Below are positions 26,502-39,115 of a DNA stretch of 64,000 nucleotides, one piece after another. A program made the translations under genes and the position numbers. Under the pieces are notes generated by a model. The model was not told the origin of the DNA, made no database searches, and saw only the letters and a program-made list of their open reading frames with translations. Origin of the DNA: Octopus vulgaris (Eukaryota); NCBI GenBank assembly GCA_951406725.2, contig OX597814.1, positions 97,526,001 through 97,590,000 on the forward strand. Reading direction: 5' to 3'. The first letter of the stretch is position 1. Each line of letters begins with the position of its first letter.

Positions 26502-27897
26502 TAAGACTTCGCACAGTATCCAATATCGTGATGTTGTTGATTGTGTGTACCGGGGGTTTGTACTGTCTGTCAAGTCGCAGTAAGGACCTCAGATAGACAG
26601 TACTTTACGCAATATGCGTGCAGTTCCAAGTGATGCAGATTTTTGCAATACACCTACATTGTAGGGTATTTCTAAAGTTTCCATAAGTTTTTTCAGATTG
26701 GGTGGCCCTTGTAGCTACCACATCTTAGCGATCTCAATTCCCAGGTCTCCATATTAATTAATCTTTTTTCTTTCTTTCATGATAATATGTTGATCTCCTG
26801 ACACTGCCACGTGGATTATTAGGTACTCTTGTTTGTCCCTCCTAAAGGTTACTATATCCGGCCTTCGGTGTTCTAACACCTTGTCTGTCTGGAAGTCAAA
26901 GTCCCAGAGGATTTTTATCTTCCCTTTTCGTCCATTACTTTTTACGGTGTATATTGGTACCAAGCACTCGTTACCTCGTATCCATAGTTCTGGTATAGTA
27001 GCCAGTGGAAGTTTTGGGCCACCTTGTCGTGTCTGCTCTTGTACTCCTTCTGCGCTAGACTTTCACAAGCATTAACAATGCGAGTCACGCTTTCAACCCT
27101 CTTCCCACACATTCTGTAGAGGTGCGTTGCACTTGTGTGGTATATATCCCTTTTCATTGAGTTGGTTTTCAATGCTTGATCCTGGCAGCGATGATTAGGC
27201 TTTCAGTATTCTTTTTTAGGTCACCCTAATTGAGCCACCTCCATGGTGCTCCCTGGTTTTTTAATTTGTTGGTTTCACGATGGAACTGAGCATATAGTTC
27301 CATGCAGAGTAGAGTTTCTTCTCTCTCGTTGGCTGTTCGTGATCGGAATTCACGAGCACTTTCGAGTCCATTTTTGGTAAATCCTTCTGCATTAGCAGCA
27401 TACTGTAGCAGGTCTTGTTTGCTGTTTACCAAATATTCTGCCATGTTTCTTCTTTCGCTGTTGATGCACTCCCGTACGCTTATCGACTCACATCCACCTT
27501 TACCCCTCTTCATGTGGAACCTGTGTACATTCGCTTTAGGGTGGAGGGCACCATGCATTGTCATTGTCATTTCGGGTAGTACAATCGAGTTGGTTAATCT
27601 CTGCTCGTATCCATTTCAAGAATGGTGCACTATATCGGACTATAGCAACAGTCCATATGTTGATGGCAGTCACAAGGCTCCTTGAGTTGAGTTTTGATTT
27701 CAAGAGCAGTTTGAGACTCTTGAAATATGCAATGATGACCTTGTATTTCATTTCTCTGTGCAAGATATTGCCCAGCTCCAGTATCCCAAGGTACTTGTAC
27801 TCATCATCATCCGGGACTTCCATTCTCTCTCCGTTTAGCATTTCTATACCCCTACAAAATGCTCTTTTCTCCCGTTTCAAAGTGAGTACCGCAAACT
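26502..27897 (-). mobile_element. R4/Dong-like non-LTR retrotransposon, 3' part (RT thumb, CCHC knuckle, restriction-like endonuclease), decayed
   Basis: YKYLGILE; RMCGKRVESVTRIVNACESLAQKEYKSRHDKVA; WDFDFQTDKVLEHRRPDIV (RLE); C-terminal LQKSASLGTARILRKVL. Confidence 0.88.
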
Positions 27898-29200
27898 TTT
27901 TTCAATGTTTCTTTCTTCAGCCAATCCCCCCTATGTTTTCTAGCAACTTCAGTTGTGGCTACATGGAATTGATTGTGTTGTCCCTTGTTGCGTAATGCTC
28001 CTTCATGTCCTTTTTGTACATCTTCCTTTGTTTTTACTTTTTTTTTCTCTGCTTTCAATACTCCTTCATTCCTAACTGACACTAGCAAGGTTTCCTTACT
28101 TTGGGATAGGTATCTCATTAAGCCCACGAGTTCGACACGTACGCAGTCTTCCACGCTTATCAGGCTTCTTCCTCCAGTTGTCCTCTTCATGTATAGGCGA
28201 TCAGTGTCTGCACGTAGATGATGGGCTCCGTGCATCGTTAGGAGCTTTCTTAACTTCCTGTTCATCACTTTTATCTCCTCTGCCCACTTCAGGATTCCAG
28301 CGTCTTACCGAACTACTGCGACTGCGCACGAGTTTATTGCCAAAATTATGTTTCTGACATTCAGCTTTGAAACCAATATTTTTCTCACTCACCGCAGGTA
28401 CTCTTTCTTTGCCTTTTCTTTCATATCGTTGTGTTTAATTCATCGGCCTTAAGTATGGCATCCTTATGCTTTCTGTTCTGACAAGCTTTCCTCATCTCAT
28501 CACCATCGTAGCACATTTTGAAGGGTTCAAATTCCATCTTAATATAATTTGAAAAAATCTGCACAGATTGGACTAGGCTGTCCAGTCCTACCTCAATTTT
28601 GTGAACAACTTCAAGTCGTTCATGAATAGCAAGTAGTTCATTTTTACCTTACCTCTTCCCAAATCATGCTTCAGCTTTGGCTTCTGTAGTATTTCACTCA
28701 AGGGGATCATTCTCAGTACAAAGATCAGTAGGGACGCACTGTCCCCCTGGAAGATTCTTCTCTTGATTTTCACCTCTCTTAACACCTGATTCCCTGCTGT
28801 CAATTCAGTTCTTCAACATTTCAGACTGTTCCATATAAGGCTTCTCATGTTTTCTGCTACTCCACACGTTTCCATACAGCCCACTTTTTTCTAAGTATCT
28901 ATACAGTTCACCAGCCAAAGCACCTGACAATAGTTTCCACATTAGCGGAAGACACGTTATTGATCGAAAGTTGGATGCAACATTGCCCTTTTCAGGATCC
29001 TTGACACATAACATTGTCTTTCCCTTCGTCATCCAGCTGGGTACTGCGCACTCCTGCAAGCACTCATCTAACTGTTGCACTATCCTTTCGTAAAGCCCTC
29101 TCAACTTTATCATCCAATAAACTTGGGCCCCACCGGTCCTGGGTTCTTCCAATTTGGGAATCTCCTTAACTTCAAGATTGACCAGCACAATTCTAACCTT
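27897..29200 (-). mobile_element. Second, diverged R4/Dong-like LINE fragment (RT domain), decayed
   Basis: VPSWMTKGKTMLCVKDPEKGNVASNFRSITCLPLMWKLL; IKRRIFQGDSASLLIFV; NYLLFMNDLKLF (cf. HLLFMDDLKL); HGAHHLRADTDRLYMKRTTGGRSL. Confidence 0.85.
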
Positions 29201-31424
29201 AGCAATCAGAATTCTTCCATCAACTATTCTATAACATCACAACCACAATTCGAACTTTATATTCATTATGGTAGTCGTTTTCGATATTTTATCTTAACAT
29301 TTCAAGTGCCTTGCTTATCTGCATTGCTGCTGAGCAAATCTGATTTGACGAAGAAAAGCACATCTAAAATATGAAACCATTTATGTTTAGAATATTCCTC
29401 AAAGTATTTGTTTTACTTCTTACTGAAATTATAACTTCGTTCCCAGGGCGGTGAACTAGCAAAATCGTTAGAGCGTCGGATAAAATTATTCCGTCTCTTC
29501 TGTAGCCAACTTTGCCTTTCCTCATTTATGGATCGATAAAATTATTATTGTTGTCAATATGATCGACTAGCCCGCCTTCCTCAAAATTGCTGGCCTTGTG
29601 TCTAAATTAGAAACTATGATTACTTCGTGACTATGTCAAATATTGCGATTTTAAAAATAAAATGTTATGTGTTCATTGAGTCATTTCATAAGCCATCCAA
29701 ACAAGGAGAATCCAAAATGTGTGGACGACTCATTGCTTAGACTTCCTACAATCAAAGAACAGGTATTCCACAATATGTCCTCATTTCACTTTGGTGACTC
29801 GGATAAGGTCAAGTTCAATGTGGAGTCGATTAAGACACTATCATTTGTTCTACTTTTACATCTCCATTTACCTATGTCTCTTTACATAATGTATATGCGT
29901 AGATTCTTTGATAACATCTACAGGATATTATGAAACTTCCTTTGAAATTTTAAATCGACAGATGTGTCGATATCAATTTAATGGATGTCTTCATCAAACG
30001 TCTGCAATAAATGAAGCGAAAAATAATCTAGAAAGTGAATTGCTAAAAACAAGTATCAGTAATATACTGAAATCGATAAATTAATCTTCCCACCTCTCTA
30101 TAAAATCCAGCCTTCGATCTAGTCAAAAGAAATTAATGCAATAGAGAGAGGACGGATGTCATAAAGATTTATGTACAAAGCTTCACTTACACTAACTATT
30201 AATGCTCTTAGGAAGGGCATGACGTCATAGTATTTCATTTCTCTATCCTGAAATATTTAGAGATACTATTCCTAGTCAAACAAAAAATTCATGTAAGACA
30301 GCAAAGATGTGCAGCGTCAAATCTTCATTATGTATATATTTTACAACTGATATAGTTTATATTTTCAAGTGGTGTTAACGATAGCAATCTCTATTCCTCC
30401 AACTTACTAAATCGGAGAATTTATACTTTTCTAGAAATGTGTACATTATTTGTGATACGGTTTCAATTTCTAGCTGAATTATATCTTCACTTTACCTAGA
30501 TCATAAATCAATATGGCTAATCACCGATTGATGATTGCTCATGAAGTCAAATACTCAAGGAAGAATTGAGACATTCACATATATTCCGAATAATGACAAG
30601 CATCAAGTTTTATCATTAATTATTTTTAAGTGTGTTTGCTATCAGAGACTCAGCGGTTAATCTGAAATTCTAAACCAGGATTAATTATTGCTTTTTATTT
30701 ATCGTTATGAAATTTGAAATATTTTGAAATATTCTCTTCTTTCTCGTGAGCATTAAAAGCAATTTAATAAGGCAATCTTATGATAAAAAGAAGCAGAAGC
30801 CAAAAACCCAATCAGTTTATATTTCTTTACAACCCATATTCCTCTCTAAATTTAGTACAAAGTATCTGTAACTTAGATAATCATTTAAGTGAAACGGGAA
30901 CAGAACATTCGTTGTTTACTATATTTCTTTTCACACTTGTATTTATGAATGAAATTAATAAACAGTGTTGCATGCAAAACGATTTATTCAATTATTATTT
31001 TGGTTTCATATCTCTTATTCACTTAATTTAGCATTGGAATCCAGGTTAATTTATTTCAGCATAGTCGACACATTTAACTTCAACTCGATCCAGATAAATA
31101 AAAAATGAAAGCGGAATTCGAAATAGTGGAATACAGAAAAAGTACAACAAAATATTTATCTTCGTCTTCCTGTCTCAACCAATTCATCAAACCTTATCTT
31201 GTCTCAACCAGTTCATCAAACCTTCTGTCTTCTACAGAACTCGAACATTTGTACAAATTCAAATTCATTTTTTTTTCTTTTCTTATTACTATTTTGATAA
31301 TAAACTTGCTTTTTCATTTTTAAAAATCCCAGCATATTCGGTTCAATTTAGCATTTCCTTAGTCATTTTCCTCCAAACTTAACTATTTTCAAAATTTTAA
31401 AGTCAGTACATTTGAAGGTTTGTT

Positions 31425-32268
31425 GGATCTTTTCCTTTTGAACAGCACTTAGTAACATAATTTCTAGGTAACTAAAAAGTTTTAAACTTCGTATACTGGT
31501 AGAATGTGATTATAAAACATCATTTTTTCTTGGCTTTATTGAAAAAATTCTATATGTTGTAACATATTTCTTCTTTAATTTCGAGCATTTCGGCAATCGC
31601 TGACGTCCATTTAGGTAAATAACATTCTGTGCATAATGAATATGTCCCTCCTTTAAGAAACAGATTGGGTTTATTTTCATTTGTGAAGAAAAAAAGATAC
31701 CCTTCCCCAACCCCTAACCTTAACCCTAACTAACCCTAAGTAACCCTAACTCTAACCCTAACTCTAAAATAGATTGAAATGCAATAGATCGATACTAGGG
31801 TTATAATTATGGGTGACAATTTCATACGACACCTCTACGGAAAATGGGATTTTTTCTAGCGGTGTCAAATGAAAATGACACCCATAATTATGGCCCTAGT
31901 ATCGATCTGTTGCATTTCAATCTATTTTAGATTTAGGGTTAGAGTTAGGGTTAGTTAGGGTTAGGGTTAGGGGTTGGGGAAGGGTATCTTTATTCTTCAC
32001 AAATGTAAATAAACCCAATCTGTTTCTTAAAGGAGGGACATATTCATTATGCACAGAATGTTATTTACCTAAATGGACGTCAGCGATTGGTTAAAATTGC
32101 CGAAATGCTCGAAATTAAAGACGAAATATCTTACAACCTATAGAATTTTCTCAAGAAAGCCAAGAGAAAATGATGTTTTATAAACACATTCTACCAGTAT
32201 ACGAAGTTTTAAATTTTTTAGTTACCTAGAAATTATGTTACAAAGTGCCGTTCAAAAGGAAAAGATCC
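31425..32268. mobile_element. Foldback non-autonomous DNA transposon (~420-bp arms, almost no spacer), 8-bp TSD, GG termini, telomere-like repeats in the arms
   Basis: Starts GGATCTTTTCCTTTTGAAC and ends GTTCAAAAGGAAAAGATCC; flanked by GGTTTGTT at 31417-31424 and 32269-32276; centre ~31847; CCCTAA-like tract ~31710-31765 and TTAGGG-like tract ~31932-31980. Confidence 0.92.
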
Positions 32269-34547
32269 GGTTTGTTTTGTTAAAAACTAAAATATAATAA
32301 CCAGTAATGCTTTTTTCACATTTTGCATAATTTTACTGTTTCATTTTGGTATGGTGGTGATGGTGGTGGCTTGTCTTCTTTCACTTCCCTTAAATAACTA
32401 TGGTGCAGCTACTTTCGCCCGTTATAACAGCACACATATTCTTTTCATCGGTAAAGGACCTAAGCACGAAGTAACGGTAGTTTTTCCTTCCTTCACAATA
32501 ACTGCATTCCTTTGGTTCACTTCTGATCGGCATCGACTCACTGCATATTACTCGGTTTTTGATCTAAATTGCGTTAAAGTTAAACAAATGAAGATAGAAC
32601 ATATCTATCGCAAATATTTTACGAATCACCCCACCCCTAAAAAAAAACATTGATTTGCAAGATCCTTCAGTCGGTTATGTTTTTGAATATATTCTCATAT
32701 ATATGTTCACCTATTTTAGTTAGATTTTGTAAGAAATTAAGTACCAGGAACATATCAATGACTCAGATGTTTTATAGAACTTGAACCCCTCTCCACAAAA
32801 TCGAAATAGACATAAATAACTCAATATCGCAATTTATTAAATAAAAATATAGCAAATTTACAAGGAGGCACATTTTTTATACATAAATACATAATGAATT
32901 AAATTGACAACCAAATAATGCAAATAGCCATTGTAGAATTAATAAGAACAAAAATGTGAGACGCTACTCTGGACAAGTAAAAAGCTCGATACTAACGTAT
33001 CAACATACTAGGTTCTGTCCATATTTGTTTTCTTTAAAAGCTGTGAAAGATTTATTTTAATTGTTTCATTGAGAGAAGGACTGTGTGTGAGAAACTGGGT
33101 AGTATGCTATTTACATTTTCAATTAAATTTCACTGAGGTCGCCTATGACTTACATTTTTTTTGCCCGGAATGATAAAATAAATCTCAGTCAATCACTGGG
33201 ATGTGTTTGTAGTCATCTGTCTTCCGAATACAAATTAGTTAAAAATCAATATTTTCAACTATGGTAGTAAATGGCATGAACATATGATGAATATTGGCCT
33301 GGCGTTTTTTAATTACATCCTTAGTTCAAATCGCACTAGTGCCAATAAAAGTACCGATCATATACTGAAATTAATCAGTCGACACAACTCATAAAATTTG
33401 TGATCTAGTTAGTGCTAATGTGAAAAACGATTTTATTTTTATTTTTCTTTTGCAAGAATAACCTACTGGTTGTTATGAGGCTGTTACAACAACTATAGTA
33501 GACTAGCTGGACAGGTGAAAAATTCACGGAAAACACAAAAAATTTATGCATCTGTAAATTGTGGGCTGGTGCCATGAGAAATGCTTCTATATTGTGACAG
33601 TTACAGAATATAGAAAGAAATGTAAAACTGATAACTATATAATCCAACCAAAATATCCCAGATACGCAAACGTAAACAGAATTACTATTTAGCCTTAAAA
33701 TACATCGTACATATTCAAAGTATCTTTTTGGTTTAGTGGTACGGAACTTTCTTCTGGTATTCTTTTACATCTTTCAGTCATTTAACAGTGGCCATGCTAG
33801 AGCACCGCCTTTTAGCCGAAGAAATCGACCCCTGGACTTACTCCCTGTAAGCCTGACGCTTATTCTATCAGTCTTTTCAGCTAAACAGCTAAGTTACGGG
33901 GACGCAAACACACCAACATCAGTTGTCAAGCAACGGTAGTGGAGAGACAGACACACACACATATTATGGGCTTCTTTCGGTTTCCGTCTGCCAAATTTAC
34001 TCACGAGGCTTTGGTTGGCCCGAGGCTATAGTAGAAGATACTCTTTAAAGTATAGAATTGAATTTCGTGTAGCCACCTGTTGGCAACTTTTCTCCCCTAC
34101 CCATTTTGTAGTGGGTATTACCCAATTTTCTGGACACTTTTCACAGCTGTACCCTGTTCAAAATCTCCATTAGATTTTGTATGAAAGAAAAAAGAGGTGG
34201 TGGGGTGTTTGTAGTTTGTAAAGAAAACATTAAATGTGCCTGAAAAAAAACATGGTCTTTCTCTCCCAACTAAAAGACATGAAGAAATATGAAAGCAGGC
34301 GAATAAGTACCAGGGGTGGGAGAAAGAAGAGAGAAGTAACACTCGATCCTTCTAGAACTCCCAGAATAAAAATGTAAACATCTGAAAGACTTTCCTTCTA
34401 TTCATTACTAAATGTATTTCTCTCTTCGTTGTTAAAAGTATAAAAGCTAAAAAAGATCGATCGTATTTCAATCTAATTGTCATTGTAAATGACTAACGCT
34501 GTTCTTTGTCTCTATCGCTTCGCTCCTTTTCTCTACGGTTGAGAGAA

Positions 34548-34845
34548 TGAAGGTGCATGGCTCGGTGGTTAGGAGTATTCGGCCCACGTGAAGTTTTGAG
34601 TACGATTCTCTGCGGCGCGCTGTGTTTTTGAGCAAGGTACTCAACTTCACAAAAATGAGTTGTAGCTGTAATTCAAAGGGGCCAACCTTGTCACATTCTG
34701 TGTGAGGCTGAATCTCCCTCAGAACTACCTTATGGTATGCATGTCTGTGGAGTACTCAGCCACTTGCGCGTTAATTTTACGAGCAGACTGTTCCGTTGAT
34801 CAGAGATAAACAGAAACCTCGTCGTCGTAAGCGACGGAGTGCCAT
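34548..34845 (+). mobile_element. tRNA-derived SINE (family C-type tail)
   Basis: GAAGGTGCATGGCTCGGTGGTTAGG head; tail ...GTGGAGTACTCAGCCACTTG...CCTCGTCGTCGTAAGCGACGGAGTGCC shared with the 38739 copy. Confidence 0.8.
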
Positions 34846-36194
34846 TTTATAAAAAGTGTGAAAGAAAAGGAAATGTTCCATATCGTAACGCAAAAATGTC
34901 ATGTGTTTAGTATAAGCAGTGAAAGCTAAGACGAAATAATTGCTATTCCGTCGTGTATTCGCCCTCATCTCACGCTCAGTTTGATAACAGCAGCCTACGC
35001 ATGTGTTTATCTGGGGGCTTGGCTTCCAGAGCTGTGTGACCCTAACGACTAAAAATTTTCCTGTCTCTATATAGGATCTTTTTTCATTTTCTTCCAACCA
35101 CTTGAAAGTTTATCTTGCTCTCGCTTTCCCTCTTTCTCTTTCATTTCCCCTGTATCCCTCCCCTCTCCCGCTTTTAATCCAACAATATGTATCTATGTAT
35201 CAACTTTTTTTCGATCTATGTATCTACTTTTCTTACGATGTGATAAACATTTAAAAACACAAAACGAATGCTGTCACCACTCACTGTTTCTTACACACAC
35301 ACACTCTCTCTCTCTTTTTCTATCTTGCTTCCTCTCTGAAACATTTAAAAGCGCAAAACGAACGTCGTCGCCACTCCCTGTTTCTTTCACTCTCTTTCTC
35401 TCTGTCCTCTCTCGCTTTGCCACTCACTTCTTCTTTCGAAGTGTGACACACACCACAGGTACGTACAAAAAGAACAAGTTGGCATATTAATATTATTGCT
35501 TTTTGAAAAACTCCCGATTCCTACAACAAGCAGAATTTATACAAAATCCTTATTGTTTTACAGATTGCATTCGAACTTTCTTTCCATTTCCAGTCGAAGT
35601 CAGTAACTTAGAAAGGAATATGTACAACTTAACTGACTTACTCAGAGCAACGACGTTTTCAGTGCGACCTCACAGACTTAAAGAGCAGTTTTATTCTACA
35701 CTTTGTAAAGTAAATATCTATAGACATGCGGTCATTCTATATTGCAGCCGTAAACTCAATAGAACCACAGTGCAAAAGTAATATTCTTCATTAGGATTTT
35801 TTCTTTTGTTGAAACTTCGTGATATTATTCGAATTACCGTAGATTTAGAAGAAACTTTAAAATCCCATGCATCACTGGGCTTATCCAGAAACATCTTGAG
35901 TATGTCAAGTATGTTGTGCCGACGGTGTACAGATATCGTATCGATGGAAAGTGCTGGCATTTCAAATATCGTAACTCCTTAACTAATATTCTCGTCCATA
36001 CGATACTTCTCTGCATAAAAACACAATAGAATGCCCTTGAAGAGACTTCAACATACAGTTTCAGGTTTGAAACTTCAGATGCTCTTTTTGATAGTTTCTT
36101 TTTGTGTCGATTATGCAAAGATAATCCAGTGGATTTACTACTATATTTGATGAAATGTGTTGATTTTTTTTTTTTTTTTTTTTTTAATTAATGT

Positions 36195-36505
36195 GGAGGC
36201 GCAACGGCCGAGTGGTTAGGGCAGCGGACTCGCGGTCGGAGGACCGCGGTTTCGATTCCCAGACCGAGCGGTGTGTGTGTTTATTGAGCAAAAACACCTA
36301 AAAGCTCCACGAGGCTCCGGCAGGGGGGGGGGCGACCCCTGTTGTACTCTTTCGCCCCAACTTTCTCTCACTCTTTCTTCCTGTTTCTTGAGTAACGCTG
36401 CGATGGACTGGCGTCCCGTCCAGCTGGGGTGAACACATACGCCATAAAAACCGAGAAACCGGGCCCATGAGCCTGGCTAGGCTTGAAAAGGGCGCATAAA
36501 TAAAA
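36195..36505 (+). mobile_element. tRNA-derived SINE (family C head)
   Basis: GGAGGCGCAACGGCCGAGTGGTTAGGGCAGCGGAC...GGTTTCGATTCCC (A- and B-box-like); ends GGGCGCATAAATAAAA. Confidence 0.85.
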
Positions 36506-36914
36506 TTTTAAAATATATTTGAATACTTCTTTTGTTCTTTTAGAGAATGTAACGATGTTTGGGTTGGCATTGTTTTCTGGTTTCTGTTTGTACATTACTA
36601 TGAATTTCTGAATGATCGCCAATAAATATAGTTTCTTTTTTTGTTTTGTTTTTTAGTATAATAATTTCATATCGTAATTAAATGACAGCTTTGCTTCCAT
36701 AAAAATCAATGAGAAATAGTAATAAGGATATTGAAATGCGTGGGCGACATGGAGTCAGAGAACATGTGGAGAAATGCATCTGCTACATGAACTCGTGTCT
36801 GGTCATCAAAGTGTAAGAAAACATCATGAATATGCCATTTGTTTGAAAGAAAGAAAAAAAAGAAAAACTAGTTTGTAAAGGTCTTTTTTTTTTTGTTTTC
36901 ATCACTAATACGTA

Positions 36915-37135
36915 AGGCGGCGAGCTAGAAGAACCGTTAGCACGCTGGGCCATATGTTTAGCAGCATTTCGTTCGTTTTTACGTCCCGAGTTCACATTCC
37001 ATCGAGGTCGACTATGTCTTTCATCCCGTCGGGGTCGACAGAATAGGTACCAGTTGAGTACTGGAGTCAATGTAAACGATTTGCCCCCCCCCCCATCCCG
37101 AAATTGTTGGCCTTGTGCCAAAATTTGAAATCAAT
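36915..37135 (+). mobile_element. Family A SINE
   Basis: GGCGGCGAGCTAGAAGAACCGTTAGC head through GGCCTTGTGCCAAAATTTGAAA tail. Confidence 0.85.
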
Positions 37136-37472
37136 ATTAGCTATGTATGGTGTTCTTTACTTTCTTATTTTAAAATCTATGCAGAGATGAAGAATTTAAG
37201 CAGAAAATATAAACATTTCAGGGTTCCCTTTATTGAAAGCTTTTCAAATAAAAATGTTTAGTATTTCCCCACTAGTTTTAAATTTCGTTAAAAAGTTGAG
37301 AGTAACACTAAATCTACAATAAATATTATAATAAATTGTTATATACATGGTGAGCAGCGAGATTCGAAGCGATGACTTGCGTATTTATTCTTAATACATA
37401 TCGACAGATACAAACGGAAATATGTTAATTGCAGTTGTGTTTGTCATAGAACAGTTTCTTCTTTGTACTCGA

Positions 37473-37518
37473 TTCTAGAGCACCGGTGTTTCGACATATT
37501 AATTCTCATCAGCCAGAA
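37473..37518 (-). ncRNA. Degenerate type I hammerhead-ribozyme motif
   Basis: Minus strand reads TTCTGG-CTGATGA-GA-ATTAATATG-TC-GAAA-CACCGGTG-CT-CTAGAA. Palindromic stem III and stem I TTCTGG/CTAGAA are present, but the cleavage triplet reads GCT. Confidence 0.45.
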
Positions 37519-38738
37519 GTATCCGGACTAATGAACCTAAACAAGAGTTGATGGCCTTGTTTATAATTTCTGCGAATTGTTTGCTACTACAATAAAAACT
37601 TTCAAAATCTTTTCTTCAGAATGTTGCTTTCTTATTTGAGTACAACTACAAATTTGGCCAATTCGAAACCATTGTAAACTTAATATTTATTTCAACCGCG
37701 AACGGTTTTGAAAGGTGTCATTCAATGCAGACAGGCGATGTCAGAATTATAAAGGGTTAAATTATTTCGTTGCTAGACACAAACATCAACTGCAATCTTG
37801 AGACTGAATATTTTTTTCATGGTGCCTCAAATTTTTTCATAGCTACGGCAAATATAACATCGCTATTCAGACGAGCCTATACTATGGGCCTGAGCTTACC
37901 ATACAGCTCTGCTTGCTTTTTAATTAATTTCTTACTTAGAAACAGCTATACATTAGTAAGCGGGGAGAGTGTGTACGTTTTCTCTAATGTGAATTCAATC
38001 GGGTATCAAAGCTGCGCAACGAGTTTCACTAAGCAGACATTTTTATCCTTTGGTATGTGTACAGCGGGGTGCAAACTCCCAGAAATCTCTTTCTAGCTTA
38101 CTCACATGATATCGATTAAGAAATAACTACACAGAAATAATTTCTAGACATACTTTGCAGCTATCCATAAAGCCTAAAGTTAAACTCTGAAGAGAATGCA
38201 ATAACTACAATCTTCATTTGCTTCTCGGTAACATGAGCAACGTAAGGTGAAAGTATCTACGATCTGAAATAGAAACAGTCATGGACTAAAGCCAATGTGC
38301 TTTCTATACTAAATGCTTCCCACCTAGAAATACTACTAGTAAAATTCAGTCTATTCTTCTGTAGCTGGCTGGATCATTAGCATTAGTATTTAACAATTAA
38401 CAGGTAGCTAGCATGAGTTAAATGTTTTTCTCTAACCCTAACCCTAAGGAATACATTGGAGAGCTAATACTGATTAGAAATGTTACTAAAATATTACTAA
38501 CTATAGAGAAATATGAAGCATCGGTACTTGAGATATTCGGGCTCCGGTTTCACGTGTAGCATAGAAAATTTTAGTTTTAATGATTAATTTCATAAATATC
38601 AATCATCTGTACTCACTTTAAGTACAGCAGTCAACTTACCTGTATTTAGTTATCTGTAGGTATGTAGGCTAACAGAAGCAGGTCAAGGAAACTTTCTTAT
38701 GTAACTTATAGCTAACTAAAATGAATTATATAAAAATT

Positions 38739-39115
38739 GGTGGAGGCGCAATGGCCCAGTGGTTAGGGCAGCGGACGTAGGATCGCGGTTTCGATTCCCA
38801 AACCGGGCGTTGTGAGTGTTTATTGAGCGAAAACACCTAAAAGCTCCACGATGCTCCGGCAGGGATGGTGGTGATCCCTGCTGTACTCTTTCACCACAAC
38901 TTTCTCTCACTCTTACTTCCTGTTTCTGTTGTACCTGTATTTCAAAGGGCTGGCCTTGTCACTCTCTGTGTCACGCTGAATATCTCCGAGAACTACGTTA
39001 AGGGTACACGTGTCTGTGGAGTGCTCAGCCACTTACACGTTAATTTCACGAGCAGGCTGTTCCGTTGATCGGATCAACCGGAACCCTCGTCGTCGTAACC
39101 GACGGAGTGCTTCCA
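38739..39115 (+). mobile_element. tRNA-derived SINE (family C) with 11-bp TSD
   Basis: TSD ATATAAAAATT at 38728-38738 and 39116-39126; head nearly identical to the 36195 copy. Confidence 0.9.

Noticed and set aside
31710-31980. Head-to-head CCCTAA/TTAGGG tracts suggesting a telomere fusion site
   Set aside because: The tracts are short, degenerate and sit inside the arms of a TSD-flanked foldback element; the orientation also differs from an end-to-end fusion.
36195-36270. tRNA-like sequence with A/B boxes
   Set aside because: It continues into a SINE body and tail and recurs at 38742, so it is a SINE head, not a tRNA gene.
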